A DNA stretch of 64,000 nucleotides from Fibrobacteria bacterium. GTDB lineage: Bacteria > Fibrobacterota > Fibrobacteria > UBA11236. How positions within the stretch are numbered: the stretch's first letter is position 1; every line of letters begins with the position of its first letter. Made by a program: the position numbers and the translations under genes. A model generated the notes under the pieces. The model searched no databases and was not told the DNA's origin. It saw only the letters and a program-made list of their open reading frames with translations. This document shows positions 36,605 through 46,165 of this stretch, in pieces. The stretch is taken from positions 1 through 64,000 of the forward strand of contig JAYTSD010000046.1 of the NCBI GenBank assembly GCA_043745805.1, written 5' to 3'.

Positions 36605-37792
36605 ATGGGATTGAAGAAAAGTATTCTTTGCGGCATGCTCGTAGTAAGCGGCGCTTTAACTATTAACACATTAGCTGCAACCGTCACAGGTACCGTTAAA
36701 AATGCAGATACTCAAGCAGCTATTGCAGGAGCTAAAATCACTACCTTGCTTTACCCTGGCGATTCAACAATTTCCGATGCAAATGGTGCATTCAGCATGA
36801 CCGTTAATGTAGTAGGAATTAATAACAAGTTTGTACAAGCCAAGAACAATGTTCAAAATTTTGGTTCCGATTTAAAATTTTCACTTATTCAAAAAACAAC
36901 GGTTTCGGTGGATGTTTTCAACTTAAAAGGCAGCCATTTGTCGACTTTGATTCATAGAGAAATGCCAGCGGGTCAATTCAATCTAAATGCTTCTGTGGCT
37001 GGGTTGTCGTCGGGTAATTATTTGTTTGTGGTGAATATGGGTGGTCAAGTAAAAGGCTTTAATTTTTCGACCTTGGGAAATCAATTTTTTGCCAATAACT
37101 TGCAAGAATTAAATTCCAAACCCAATATCCTTGCCAAAAAATCTATTGTTGACTCCACGGTTACCGTTGATTATTTAGTCGTAATTAAAGACGGTTATCT
37201 TTTGAAAAATGCCAATATTTTTGATTATGCTGAACCCGTTCAGGTTATGTTAAAACCAAGTGGTATGGCGACAGCAAATTTGAATATTTATTCCGAAGGC
37301 CCTGGCCCAATGATTGATTTCGCAAATGGCAATGGAACTATTTATGTTTGGGAATCCACTTGTACTTTGCTTTCCGATTCAACTAATAATATTGGACATG
37401 AAGGAACCCGAGGCATGTTAGTTACCAAGGCTGGCTTAACTTGGAGTGGTTGGGCATTTCACGTGACCAATCGTTTCCCTGGCATGGGTCAATCTTCAGT
37501 AGATATGTCAGGGTATACAGGAGGTTCAGTTCATTTTTGGGTTAAATCTGCCGATAGCAGCCTTGCCTTAGGTGTGAGCTCTACTGATCAAGGTCAATCG
37601 CCTTCTGTGATTTTAAAAGATAGTGTATCATTTGGTTATCAACCTGATAATGCATGGCATGAAGTAAATGTTCCTTTCACAGCATTCCCAACGATTGACT
37701 TGAAACATATATTCGTTTATGCAGCTTTTATCACGACTACTGGTGATACTTCCTCTTATATTGTGGATGATATTTATTACAAAAAACCTTAA
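36605..37792 (+). CDS. Secreted paralog of 35070-36290 with the same architecture
   Basis: VTGTV..IAGA..SDANGAF; LSSGNYLF; VDMSGY..VHFWVK..DNAWHEVNVP..YIVDDIY. Confidence 0.7.
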   Translation: MGLKKSILCGMLVVSGALTINTLAATVTGTVKNADTQAAIAGAKITTLLYPGDSTISDANGAFSMTVNVVGINNKFVQAKNNVQNFGSDLKFSLIQKTTVSVDVFNLKGSHLSTLIHREMPAGQFNLNASVAGLSSGNYLFVVNMGGQVKGFNFSTLGNQFFANNLQELNSKPNILAKKSIVDSTVTVDYLVVIKDGYLLKNANIFDYAEPVQVMLKPSGMATANLNIYSEGPGPMIDFANGNGTIYVWESTCTLLSDSTNNIGHEGTRGMLVTKAGLTWSGWAFHVTNRFPGMGQSSVDMSGYTGGSVHFWVKSADSSLALGVSSTDQGQSPSVILKDSVSFGYQPDNAWHEVNVPFTAFPTIDLKHIFVYAAFITTTGDTSSYIVDDIYYKKP

Positions 37793-37815
37793 TTGGGATT
37801 TTACATTTTGATTTT

Positions 37816-37843
37816 AAGGCAGGGCTAATCCCCTGCCTTTTTT
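37816..37843 (+). terminator. Intrinsic terminator overlapping the lgt stop codon
   Basis: aaggcaggg-ctaatc-ccctgcctt-tttt; same stem as 36312. Confidence 0.75.
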
Positions 37844-38679
37844 GTTTCCCGATGTTTTAAGATAAAGAACAATACAATTCCTGCAGTCATCATTCCTACA
37901 CAAAGAATTTGACCCATAGAAAAGGGTCCAATGATAAAGCCTAAATGCGCATCAGGTTGACGAAAAAATTCCAAGAAAAAACGGATAAAGCCATAACCAA
38001 ATAGGTAAAGCGAAGCCATTGTTCCTTCAGGCTTTTTTATTTTGCGTAGGTTCCAAAGAATAAAAAATAATAATATGCCTTCAAATGCCGCTTCATAAAG
38101 TTGGGAGGGATGCCTTAATTCTAAAGTTGGTGCGGCGGGAAAGTACATGCCAATAGGTGCGGAGGTTACTCTGCCCCAAAGTTCTCCATTAATAAAATTC
38201 CCTAAACGTCCAAAAGTATAACCTAAAGGTGCAGCGGGAAAAAACAAATCGGACAAATTCCAATAATTTGCTTTATGCTTTTTGCAGAAGATAGCGCAAG
38301 CAACCATCACACCAATAATTCCGCCATGATAGGACATTCCAGATATGCCGGTAAAATGAATACTGCCGCCGCTGGATTGAAATGGCAAAATTATTTCTAA
38401 GGGATGCTTTGCATAATAAGCCAAATTATAAAAGACTACATAACCGAGGCGGCCTCCAATGAGCACACCTAAAAAAGCATAGGTGAGCAAGTTTTTAATA
38501 AATTCATCTTCATAAGGAAAATCTTTTTCCTTTTTGATGCGGTGGCTGGCTAGCAAGTATGTTGTGGTAAAGGCGATGATATACATTAGGCCATACCATT
38601 GTAGTCGAAAGGAGCCGAGGGAAAATATAACCGGATCCATGTGTTCGGGTAAATGCTGCCACCATTGTATAAAATCCAT
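37825..38679 (-). CDS. lgt: Prolipoprotein diacylglyceryl transferase
   Basis: WYGLMY, GGRLGYV, GMSYHGG, GRLGNFINGELWGR, HPSQLYE. Confidence 0.97.
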   Translation of the reverse strand: MDFIQWWQHLPEHMDPVIFSLGSFRLQWYGLMYIIAFTTTYLLASHRIKKEKDFPYEDEFIKNLLTYAFLGVLIGGRLGYVVFYNLAYYAKHPLEIILPFQSSGGSIHFTGISGMSYHGGIIGVMVACAIFCKKHKANYWNLSDLFFPAAPLGYTFGRLGNFINGELWGRVTSAPIGMYFPAAPTLELRHPSQLYEAAFEGILLFFILWNLRKIKKPEGTMASLYLFGYGFIRFFLEFFRQPDAHLGFIIGPFSMGQILCVGMMTAGIVLFFILKHRETKKAGD

Positions 38680-38804
38680 ATAAGCCCTCTTGGTTTTTGT
38701 TAGAAGGTAGAAATTGCGAGAAAATCAAAGTATGTAAATTGTAAATTGCCTCCACCCATTTGTTGCTAAATTCAATAATGGATTGTGGATATAAGGAGTG
38801 CACT

Positions 38805-39707
38805 TTGAGCATTAACCCAGATGAAATCAAACAAACTTTTCGCGAGGTGCAGGATCATATTTGCCAATTTGTGCAAGAGATGGATGGCAAGGCTTATCGT
38901 GAGGACAATTGGGGTTTTGCGCATGGTGAAGGCGGAGGGCGTTCGCGCTTATGGGAGAATGCAAATCTCTTAGAAAAAGGCGGCGTTAATTTTTCGGCGA
39001 TTATCGGCGATTCCTTGCCCCCATCTGCGGCGACACAATTTAAAATTCCACCTGGAACACCTTATTTAGCGACTGGTGTTAGCCTTGTTTTGCATCCGCG
39101 CAGTCCTTTGATTCCCACTATTCACATGAATATTCGTTATTTCCAAGCAGGCGATATTTGGTGGTTTGGAGGTGGCGTAGATGTTACCCCTTATTATCCC
39201 GAAGAAAAAGAAGTGATTTACTATCATAAACAATTGCAGGCTTTGTGTGGCGAGCATGGCAAAGATTATGCGCAATTAAAAGAAGAATGTGACAAATATT
39301 TTTATCTCAAGCATCGCGATGAAGCGCGTGGCGTGGGTGGATTATTTTTTGATCATGTGCATACCGACAAAGCTAAAGATTTAGCTTTTGTAAAAGGCTT
39401 GGGAATGGCTTTCCCTGCCTTGTATAAATCATTTATCGAAAATCATCGTGAGCAAACATTCACTGAAGCGCAGCGGAATTTTCAACTTTATCGGCGTGGG
39501 CGTTATGTGGAATTTAATTTGATTTATGATCGCGGCACTTTGTTTGGTTTGCAATCCAATGGGAGAACGGAATCGATTCTTATGTCCTTACCGGCGGTGG
39601 CGCATTGGGTTTATGATTATAAACCGGAGGCTGGTTCGGCGGAAGCTAGGCTTACGGAGTTCTTTTTAAAGCCGCAGGATTGGATTAATAGAAATATTAT
39701 TAGCTAG
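38805..39707 (+). CDS. hemF: Oxygen-dependent coproporphyrinogen III oxidase
   Basis: EKGGVNFS, HMNIRYF, WWFGGG.D.TP, RGVGGLFFD, RRGRYVEFNLIYDRGTLFGL; likely TTG start at 38805 after aaggag. Confidence 0.96.
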   Translation: MSINPDEIKQTFREVQDHICQFVQEMDGKAYREDNWGFAHGEGGGRSRLWENANLLEKGGVNFSAIIGDSLPPSAATQFKIPPGTPYLATGVSLVLHPRSPLIPTIHMNIRYFQAGDIWWFGGGVDVTPYYPEEKEVIYYHKQLQALCGEHGKDYAQLKEECDKYFYLKHRDEARGVGGLFFDHVHTDKAKDLAFVKGLGMAFPALYKSFIENHREQTFTEAQRNFQLYRRGRYVEFNLIYDRGTLFGLQSNGRTESILMSLPAVAHWVYDYKPEAGSAEARLTEFFLKPQDWINRNIIS

Positions 39708-39716
39708 GGTTAGTTT

Positions 39717-40715
39717 ATGTTATTTGCAAAAAAAATAAAAGTTCGGTCGGATATTAAGGAATTAAACGATTTAGGTTTTAGTAGTAGTGATAATGGCGCG
39801 CGTCGACAGGTGAATCCTGATGGCAGCTTTAATGTGGAGCGTCGTGGCTTGCCTTGGCGTGCCGATGGGTTTTATCATACCTTGCTGACTATATCCTGGT
39901 TCAAATTTAATGGCTTGGTCATTGGCGCATATACCGTAGCTAATATTTTCTTTGCCACTATTTATTATGCTATTGGCTTGGATAATATGGCCGGAAGTAC
40001 GGCGCAAACCTGTGCTCAAAAATTTGCTGATGCTTTATTTTTTAGTGCGCAAACTTTAACGACGGTTGGTTATGGCCGCATTAGTCCGGTGGGCGTCGCT
40101 TCTAGCTCGGTCGCGGCTTTCGAATCATTAACAGGATTATTGGGTTTTGCTTTAGCCACAGGTTTATTATATGGACGATTTTCCCGGCCACAAGCACATT
40201 TATTATTTAGTGAGCAAGCGCTCATTGCGCCTTATAAAGATAAATCGGGTTTTATGTTTCGCATTGCCAATGGACGTAGTAATCAATTAATTAATGTGGA
40301 AGTACAAGTAGCCTTGTCCTTTTCGGAAATTGTAAATGGGGTAACTTCGCGAAGATTTTATCAACTCGCTTTGGAAAGGGAGAAAATTGATTTTTTTCCT
40401 TTGAGTTGGACTATTGTGCATCCGATTGATGAGCAAAGTCCTTTATATGGTTTCGACAAAAATGCTTTGGAAGAAAGTGATTGTGAAATGATGATACTCA
40501 TTAAAGCTTTTGATGATGTGTTTTCGCAGTCGGTGCATGCGCGTCGTTCGTATAAGTTTCATGAAATAGTTTGGGGGGCGAAATTTACCAAGATATTTAC
40601 CCCTTCGGCCAATGGAAAAACCATTATTCAATTGGATAAAATTTCGGAATATGAAATTGTCGACTTGCCAATTAGACTCGGCATTGGCGATACTAATATC
40701 GAAGCTGCTGTTTAA
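39717..40715 (+). CDS. Inward-rectifier potassium channel (KirBac-like)
   Basis: FFSAQTLTTVGYG filter, RFSRP, WTIVHPIDEQSPL, IVWGAKF. Confidence 0.93.
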   Translation: MLFAKKIKVRSDIKELNDLGFSSSDNGARRQVNPDGSFNVERRGLPWRADGFYHTLLTISWFKFNGLVIGAYTVANIFFATIYYAIGLDNMAGSTAQTCAQKFADALFFSAQTLTTVGYGRISPVGVASSSVAAFESLTGLLGFALATGLLYGRFSRPQAHLLFSEQALIAPYKDKSGFMFRIANGRSNQLINVEVQVALSFSEIVNGVTSRRFYQLALEREKIDFFPLSWTIVHPIDEQSPLYGFDKNALEESDCEMMILIKAFDDVFSQSVHARRSYKFHEIVWGAKFTKIFTPSANGKTIIQLDKISEYEIVDLPIRLGIGDTNIEAAV

Positions 40716-40756
40716 GCAAATTGAAGCGGATTTGTAAAGCAAAACCCTAAAAAATT

Positions 40757-40885
40757 AACCTACTATAACAGTATGTTTTTGGTTCATTAACTTCGAATCT
40801 TAAAAAAAAATGGCTTTCAAGGCTTATTTTAAAGGGATTTTGGGTTTGATAGAATTTTCCATTTAACTTACTAAACTAATATGTT
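40757..40885. promoter_or_regulatory. Two related 21-bp palindromic operator-like sites upstream of cysD
   Basis: aacctactataacagtatgtt (40757-40777) and aacttactaaactaatatgtt (40865-40885). Confidence 0.5.
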
Positions 40886-40915
40886 AATATTCTTCCCTTC
40901 TTAACTGAGGCGAAC

Positions 40916-41803
40916 ATGGAATTAAGCCACTTAGACATTCTTGAAAATCAAAGCGTATTTATTTTACGCGAGGCATATGCCAATTTTAAAAACCTAGCCA
41001 TGCTATGGTCGATTGGAAAAGACAGCACGGTTTTGCTGTGGTTGGCCCGCAAAGCTTTTTTTGGTCATGTGCCAATTAGCTTAGTGCATATTGATACGGC
41101 CTATAAAATTCCTGAAATGATTACCTATCGCGATAAGCTCGCTTTGGAATGGCATCTCACCATGATTTATGGTCAAAATGCGGAAGCGCTTAAAAATAAA
41201 GAAACTTATCCAGACGGAAAAGTAAGTCGTTTGCAATGTTGCAAAAATTTAAAGTCCGATGCTTTGAAAAATACTTTGTCAGGTGAATGGCCGCGTTATC
41301 GTTTGAATTTACAAACCGGTAAATATGATTTGGATACCAACCGTGAACCCTATACTGGTGTGATTGTAGGCGCACGCGCCGACGAAGAGGGCTCGCGTTC
41401 CAAAGAACGTTATTTTTCGCCTCGCGATAAAAACAATGAATGGGATGTGGGCGATCAACCTCCTGAATTGTGGAATCAATTTAAAACCGATTTCGCACCT
41501 GGTACTCATATACGCGTACATCCACTTTTAGATTGGACCGAATTAAATATTTGGGAATATATTCAACGCGAAAACATCCCAATTACCGACTTGTATTTTG
41601 ACCAAGGAAAAGGTAAACGTTACCGTTCACTGGGATGTTACCCTTGTACAACGCCCGTGGAATCTACGGCAACCAGTGTAGAGGAAATTGTAGCCGAATT
41701 AAAAACCGGCAAGTTCGCTAATATTGCCGAACGTGCAGGACGTGAACAAGATAAAGAAGATGGCGGAGGTTTAGAAACCTTACGTCGCGATGGGTACATG
41801 TAA
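40916..41803 (+). CDS. cysD: Sulfate adenylyltransferase subunit 2
   Basis: [39 protein letters not shown]-terminus. Confidence 0.96.
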   Translation: MELSHLDILENQSVFILREAYANFKNLAMLWSIGKDSTVLLWLARKAFFGHVPISLVHIDTAYKIPEMITYRDKLALEWHLTMIYGQNAEALKNKETYPDGKVSRLQCCKNLKSDALKNTLSGEWPRYRLNLQTGKYDLDTNREPYTGVIVGARADEEGSRSKERYFSPRDKNNEWDVGDQPPELWNQFKTDFAPGTHIRVHPLLDWTELNIWEYIQRENIPITDLYFDQGKGKRYRSLGCYPCTTPVESTATSVEEIVAELKTGKFANIAERAGREQDKEDGGGLETLRRDGYM

Positions 41804-43617
41804 TGGAATCAAAGACTATGAGTACAATGCGCGAACAAATGAATATTGTGATTGTGGGCCATGTGGATCACGGTAAAAGTACGGTGATTGGACGCTTATT
41901 AGCGGATTCGGGATCCTTGCCCGATGGCAAATTGGAATCAGTGCGCGCTTTTTGCGCGAAGAATTCCCGTCCTTTTGAATATGCTTTTTTATTAGATGCT
42001 TTAAAGGATGAACAGGCACAGGGTATCACCATTGATACCGCCAGAACTTTTTTTAAATCCGCTAAACGCGACTATATTATTATTGATGCCCCTGGCCATA
42101 TTGAATTTTTAAAAAACATGGTTACCGGTGCAGCACGCGCGGAGTCAGCTCTTTTGGTAATTGACGCCAAAGAAGGGATTCGCGAAAATAGCAAGCGTCA
42201 TGGTTATTTATTGTCCATGTTGGGGATTAAACAAATTACCGTTGTAGTGAACAAAATGGATTTGGTGAATTATTCCCAAGCAGTGTTTGAAACCATTCAA
42301 AGGGATTATACCGATTTTCTAAAACGCATAGAAGTTATCCCTAAATCTTTTATTCCCATTGCGGCTTTTCATGGCGAAAATATGGTGAAGGCTTCGGATA
42401 AAATGCCTTGGTATCATGGCGAAAATGTTTTGTCTTCGCTTGATCAGTTTACCAAAACGCCTCCCAAATCGAATTTACCATTTCGCATGCCGATTCAAGA
42501 TGTGTATAAATTCACCGCCAAAGGCGATGATAGACGTATTGTAGCTGGTCGCGTGGAATCAGGATCGCTCAATGTAGGCGATGAAGTTTTGTTTTTGCCT
42601 TCCAATAAACGCAGTCGCGTAACTTCCATTGAAGGCTTTCATGCGGCAGACCGCCAAAGCATTGATGCGGGCTGGTCTACAGGTTTTACCTTAGCCGAAC
42701 AGATTTATATTCTGCGTGGCGAACTTATGGTGAAAGCCAATGAATTACATGCGGAAGTATCAAAACATATTCGTGTGAATCTTTTTTGGATGGGCAAAAA
42801 GCCTATGGAAAAAGGCAAATCCTACTCCTTAAAATTAGGCACGGCCAAAGTGTCGGTGCGCTTAAAAGAAATTCGTTATGTGATAGATGCGGCGGAAAGT
42901 TTAGACGCGCAGAATAAAGAAAGCATTGATAGGCATGCCGTAGCCGATTGTATTTTAGAGTTAAATAAAGCTTTGGCCTTCGATTTAATTGCTAATCATG
43001 AAGCCACCGGTCGTTTTGTGATTGTGGATCAATATGAAATTGCGGGCGGTGGAATTATTCGCGAATCCTTAGCGGATGAGCAAACAGAAATCCGTCATGA
43101 AGTGGCGCAGCGCGAAGATAAATTTGAGCGATCAAATATTATTCCGCAAAAACGTGCCGAGCGTTTGAATCAAAGAGCCACCTTAGTTTTGGTTACGGGT
43201 GAAGAAAATACCGATCGAAAAGGCGTGGGCAAGGCTTTGGAAGAACGCTTATTCGAAATGGGCCGTTATGTGTATTATGTCGGCATGGCCAACTTGCTGT
43301 ATTCGGTGGATGCCGATTTAAAAGATAAAGTTGCTAATCGCCAAGAGCATATTCGGCGTTTAGGCGAACTGGCCTATTTAATGCTCGATGCAGGAATGAT
43401 TTTAATTGTGAGTGCCCGTGACATGGAAGTTACGGATTTGCAAATGCTAGAAACCATTATTGCACCGCATGCTTTGGTAACCGTTTGTTTGGGTGGTTGT
43501 CGCTTGGATATGGCGCAAGATTCCATTTTGTATTGCCCTAAAGGCACAGCAACAAATGGAGTAGTGGCGCAAGTGGTCGGTAAATTACAGGAACGCAAAG
43601 ATATTTTAAGTTTTTAA
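41803..43617 (+). CDS. cysN: Sulfate adenylyltransferase subunit 1 with degenerate C-terminal APS-kinase-like domain
   Basis: [26 protein letters not shown]-terminal [13 protein letters not shown] in place of the P-loop. Confidence 0.93.
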   Translation: MESKTMSTMREQMNIVIVGHVDHGKSTVIGRLLADSGSLPDGKLESVRAFCAKNSRPFEYAFLLDALKDEQAQGITIDTARTFFKSAKRDYIIIDAPGHIEFLKNMVTGAARAESALLVIDAKEGIRENSKRHGYLLSMLGIKQITVVVNKMDLVNYSQAVFETIQRDYTDFLKRIEVIPKSFIPIAAFHGENMVKASDKMPWYHGENVLSSLDQFTKTPPKSNLPFRMPIQDVYKFTAKGDDRRIVAGRVESGSLNVGDEVLFLPSNKRSRVTSIEGFHAADRQSIDAGWSTGFTLAEQIYILRGELMVKANELHAEVSKHIRVNLFWMGKKPMEKGKSYSLKLGTAKVSVRLKEIRYVIDAAESLDAQNKESIDRHAVADCILELNKALAFDLIANHEATGRFVIVDQYEIAGGGIIRESLADEQTEIRHEVAQREDKFERSNIIPQKRAERLNQRATLVLVTGEENTDRKGVGKALEERLFEMGRYVYYVGMANLLYSVDADLKDKVANRQEHIRRLGELAYLMLDAGMILIVSARDMEVTDLQMLETIIAPHALVTVCLGGCRLDMAQDSILYCPKGTATNGVVAQVVGKLQERKDILSF

Positions 43618-43618
43618 G

Positions 43619-44215
43619 ATGAATAAATCTGAGCATATTGTTTGGCACACCACTAATGTGAAGCGCAGCGATCGTGAAAAATCTATGCAGCAAAATGGGG
43701 CTGTACTGTGGTTTACAGGTTTGTCTGGCAGCGGGAAATCTACCGTAGCAAATGCTTTAGAACAGCGCTTGCATTCCTTAGGCAAAGTCACCTATTTGTT
43801 AGACGGTGATAATGTACGTCATGGTTTAAATTCGGATTTAGGATTTTCGGTGGCAGACCGGCAAGAAAATATGCGCCGTATCGCACAGGTTTCCAAACTT
43901 TTTTGGGATGCGAATCTTATTACTTTAGTTTCATTCATTTCACCCTTTCGTCATGAGCGTCGCTTAGCACGCGATTTAATGGGAAAAGATTTCATCGAAA
44001 TTTTTGTGAATACACCTTTGGAAATCTGCGAGCAACGCGATCCTAAAGGTTTATATGTCAAAGCACGCAAAGGGGAAATTGCGGATTTCACAGGTTTAAC
44101 CTCTCCCTACGAAGCGCCAGAAAATCCAGAAATCACCCTGTATACCGAAAGGGAAAGCTTGGATGAATCCTCGGATAAAATTTTACTTTATTTAAAAAAT
44201 CAGGGTCATATTTAA
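43619..44215 (+). CDS. cysC: Adenylyl-sulfate kinase
   Basis: [36 protein letters not shown]. Confidence 0.97.
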   Translation: MNKSEHIVWHTTNVKRSDREKSMQQNGAVLWFTGLSGSGKSTVANALEQRLHSLGKVTYLLDGDNVRHGLNSDLGFSVADRQENMRRIAQVSKLFWDANLITLVSFISPFRHERRLARDLMGKDFIEIFVNTPLEICEQRDPKGLYVKARKGEIADFTGLTSPYEAPENPEITLYTERESLDESSDKILLYLKNQGHI

Positions 44216-44228
44216 ACTTTTTCATCCC

Positions 44229-44262
44229 AAGCAGGCTTCATGAGCTTGCTTAAATATTTTTT
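44229..44262 (+). terminator. Terminator-like hairpin after cysC
   Basis: aagcaggct-tcatg-agcttgctt followed by an A/T-rich run. Confidence 0.55.
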
Positions 44263-44428
44263 GCAGTCCTAAATCCTTTGTAAATTTTTAAATAATCCTT
44301 GCTATGTGACGGGGATCACTGATAATTGATCTCCATGCCTTTATTTTTAATTCATGTTTAAATCATGGACTAAAAATTCAAACCCAACTCTCATTTTAAT
44401 TCGAACTCCTCCTACAATTTCAAATAAA

Positions 44429-45289
44429 ATGCCAAGAAATTTATTATTGAGCTGCATTTGTTTTTTAACCCTATTTCCCACTATCACAGGCGCGCAATTA
44501 ATTCTCAGTGAAGCTATGGGCGATCCTTCACAGGTTACTGACACTAAGGGAGAGTATTTTGAATTAAGCAATATTGGATTTACTACGATAATTGAGAATA
44601 ATTTAAAAATCGTTGTGAATGACGACACTTTAAGATTGGGCGCGGTTAAACTAGAACGCCAAGCCTATTTTTTGATTTGCGTGGACTCTAATTATTTGGA
44701 AAATGGAGGACTACTTTGCAATAGGGAATGGAAAAATTTTAGTTTCCCTAATTCACGCAATACCGAATTGCATTTGTGGGGAAAGGATTCAACCAACTAT
44801 GTCTTACCCAGTCCGCAAGGGGGAAAAAGCTGGGAAAATAAAAACGAACGCGAAAATAATTATTCCACTTTTAAATTAAGTACCATGCATTTTGGATTGG
44901 ATTATGGAACTCCTGGAGGTATTAATAGCCAAGCGCTTATTTCACCCCTGGTTGATTCTCTGCCCAATTCCTCACCATCCCATTTTTCGGTATCGTCGCC
45001 GAGTTGGGAAATCTCTTCACGGATTTTGGATATTGAGGCCACCGATAAACCTTTAACGATAAGTATTAATGCAGACGTTACCCAAGTTTTTTCTTTACAG
45101 GTTTTTGATTTGTCGGGAAACAACTTATTTAACCTTTGTGTAACTTGTCAGGGATCACAAGTTTTCTCATGGATGGGCGAGGATGCGTCGAATAATATTT
45201 TACCCGTTGGACCCTATATTTTGGGATTTAAAATTAAAGGTCATGCACTGCACAAAAAAACTATAGTGCTTGCGAAGTCACGATCATGA
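44429..45289 (+). CDS. Lamin-tail-domain-like secreted protein with FlgD-Ig/CTD tail
   Basis: Signal peptide from MPRNLLL; ILSEAMGDP..GEYFELSN; GTPG..NS; VFDLSGN..WMGED..LPVGPYI. Confidence 0.7.
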   Translation: MPRNLLLSCICFLTLFPTITGAQLILSEAMGDPSQVTDTKGEYFELSNIGFTTIIENNLKIVVNDDTLRLGAVKLERQAYFLICVDSNYLENGGLLCNREWKNFSFPNSRNTELHLWGKDSTNYVLPSPQGGKSWENKNERENNYSTFKLSTMHFGLDYGTPGGINSQALISPLVDSLPNSSPSHFSVSSPSWEISSRILDIEATDKPLTISINADVTQVFSLQVFDLSGNNLFNLCVTCQGSQVFSWMGEDASNNILPVGPYILGFKIKGHALHKKTIVLAKSRS

Positions 45290-46110
45290 AAGGAATAAGT
45301 TTCCTTCATTTGCTGTGGATTTGTTTTAGTTCAAGCTGGGCTTTGTTTTCCAATTCCATTTTCGAGGGTAACTATGCGGCTACGGGAGGTGCTGGTGCAG
45401 CGACGGGACAGCAAAGATTTGCTAATGTACAAAATCCTGCTGCCTTTGAGGTGGAGCATATGGGGCTGCAATTCGATTATGCACATCCTTATGGTTTGCT
45501 AGATGTTACGGAGTTAGGTGCGGGTTTTTTTCGTGACGGTGTAAGATTAGGTTTCGGTTTCCATTATCAGCAATTAAATGCGACGGATATTTATTTTGAA
45601 CATAAAGCTGCTATGCAAATGTCTTGGCATTTCCTCTCTAACGTAAATATTGGATTTAGTGGTGGCATTTTAAAAATGGAAACTGTTGGATTTGCAGGGC
45701 AAACTTCATGGAGTAGTGGACAAGGATTACTATGGAGTCCCTTACCTGCTTTGACGGCGGGCGTTTATCTGCACAGTATTTTTACGGAGCAGGGAACATT
45801 AATCCCAGCCTATAATTTGGGATTGGCTTTACATGGTCTTGGTTTAAAAAATCATCAAGCCGTACAACATCATTTGTTTTTGGATTGGAAATATTCCCAA
45901 GATAAGCGTGGATCTTTTTTATTAGGTCAATCCTTAAATTTATTTTCTTGCTTAGAAATCAATGCCGGCTTGGCTGAAAACCCTTTTCAATTTTCCATGG
46001 GCCTAGCATTACATTTCGATCATTATCGTGTACAGCAAGCATGGCGCACGCATAGTGATTTGGGAACCACCCATTATTCTGGTTTGGGATTGGATTTTAA
46101 ATCACACTAA
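45286..46110 (+). CDS. Outer-membrane beta-barrel, PorV/FadL-like
   Basis: Signal peptide, NPAA motif, alternating beta-strands, H..LG.TH..GL.L.F C-terminus. Confidence 0.55.
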   Translation: MKGISFLHLLWICFSSSWALFSNSIFEGNYAATGGAGAATGQQRFANVQNPAAFEVEHMGLQFDYAHPYGLLDVTELGAGFFRDGVRLGFGFHYQQLNATDIYFEHKAAMQMSWHFLSNVNIGFSGGILKMETVGFAGQTSWSSGQGLLWSPLPALTAGVYLHSIFTEQGTLIPAYNLGLALHGLGLKNHQAVQHHLFLDWKYSQDKRGSFLLGQSLNLFSCLEINAGLAENPFQFSMGLALHFDHYRVQQAWRTHSDLGTTHYSGLGLDFKSH

Positions 46111-46165
46111 GCTTAACTTGACTTTGCTTTCTAATAGGGGGAGAATTAGAGAAATTAGAGTTAAT

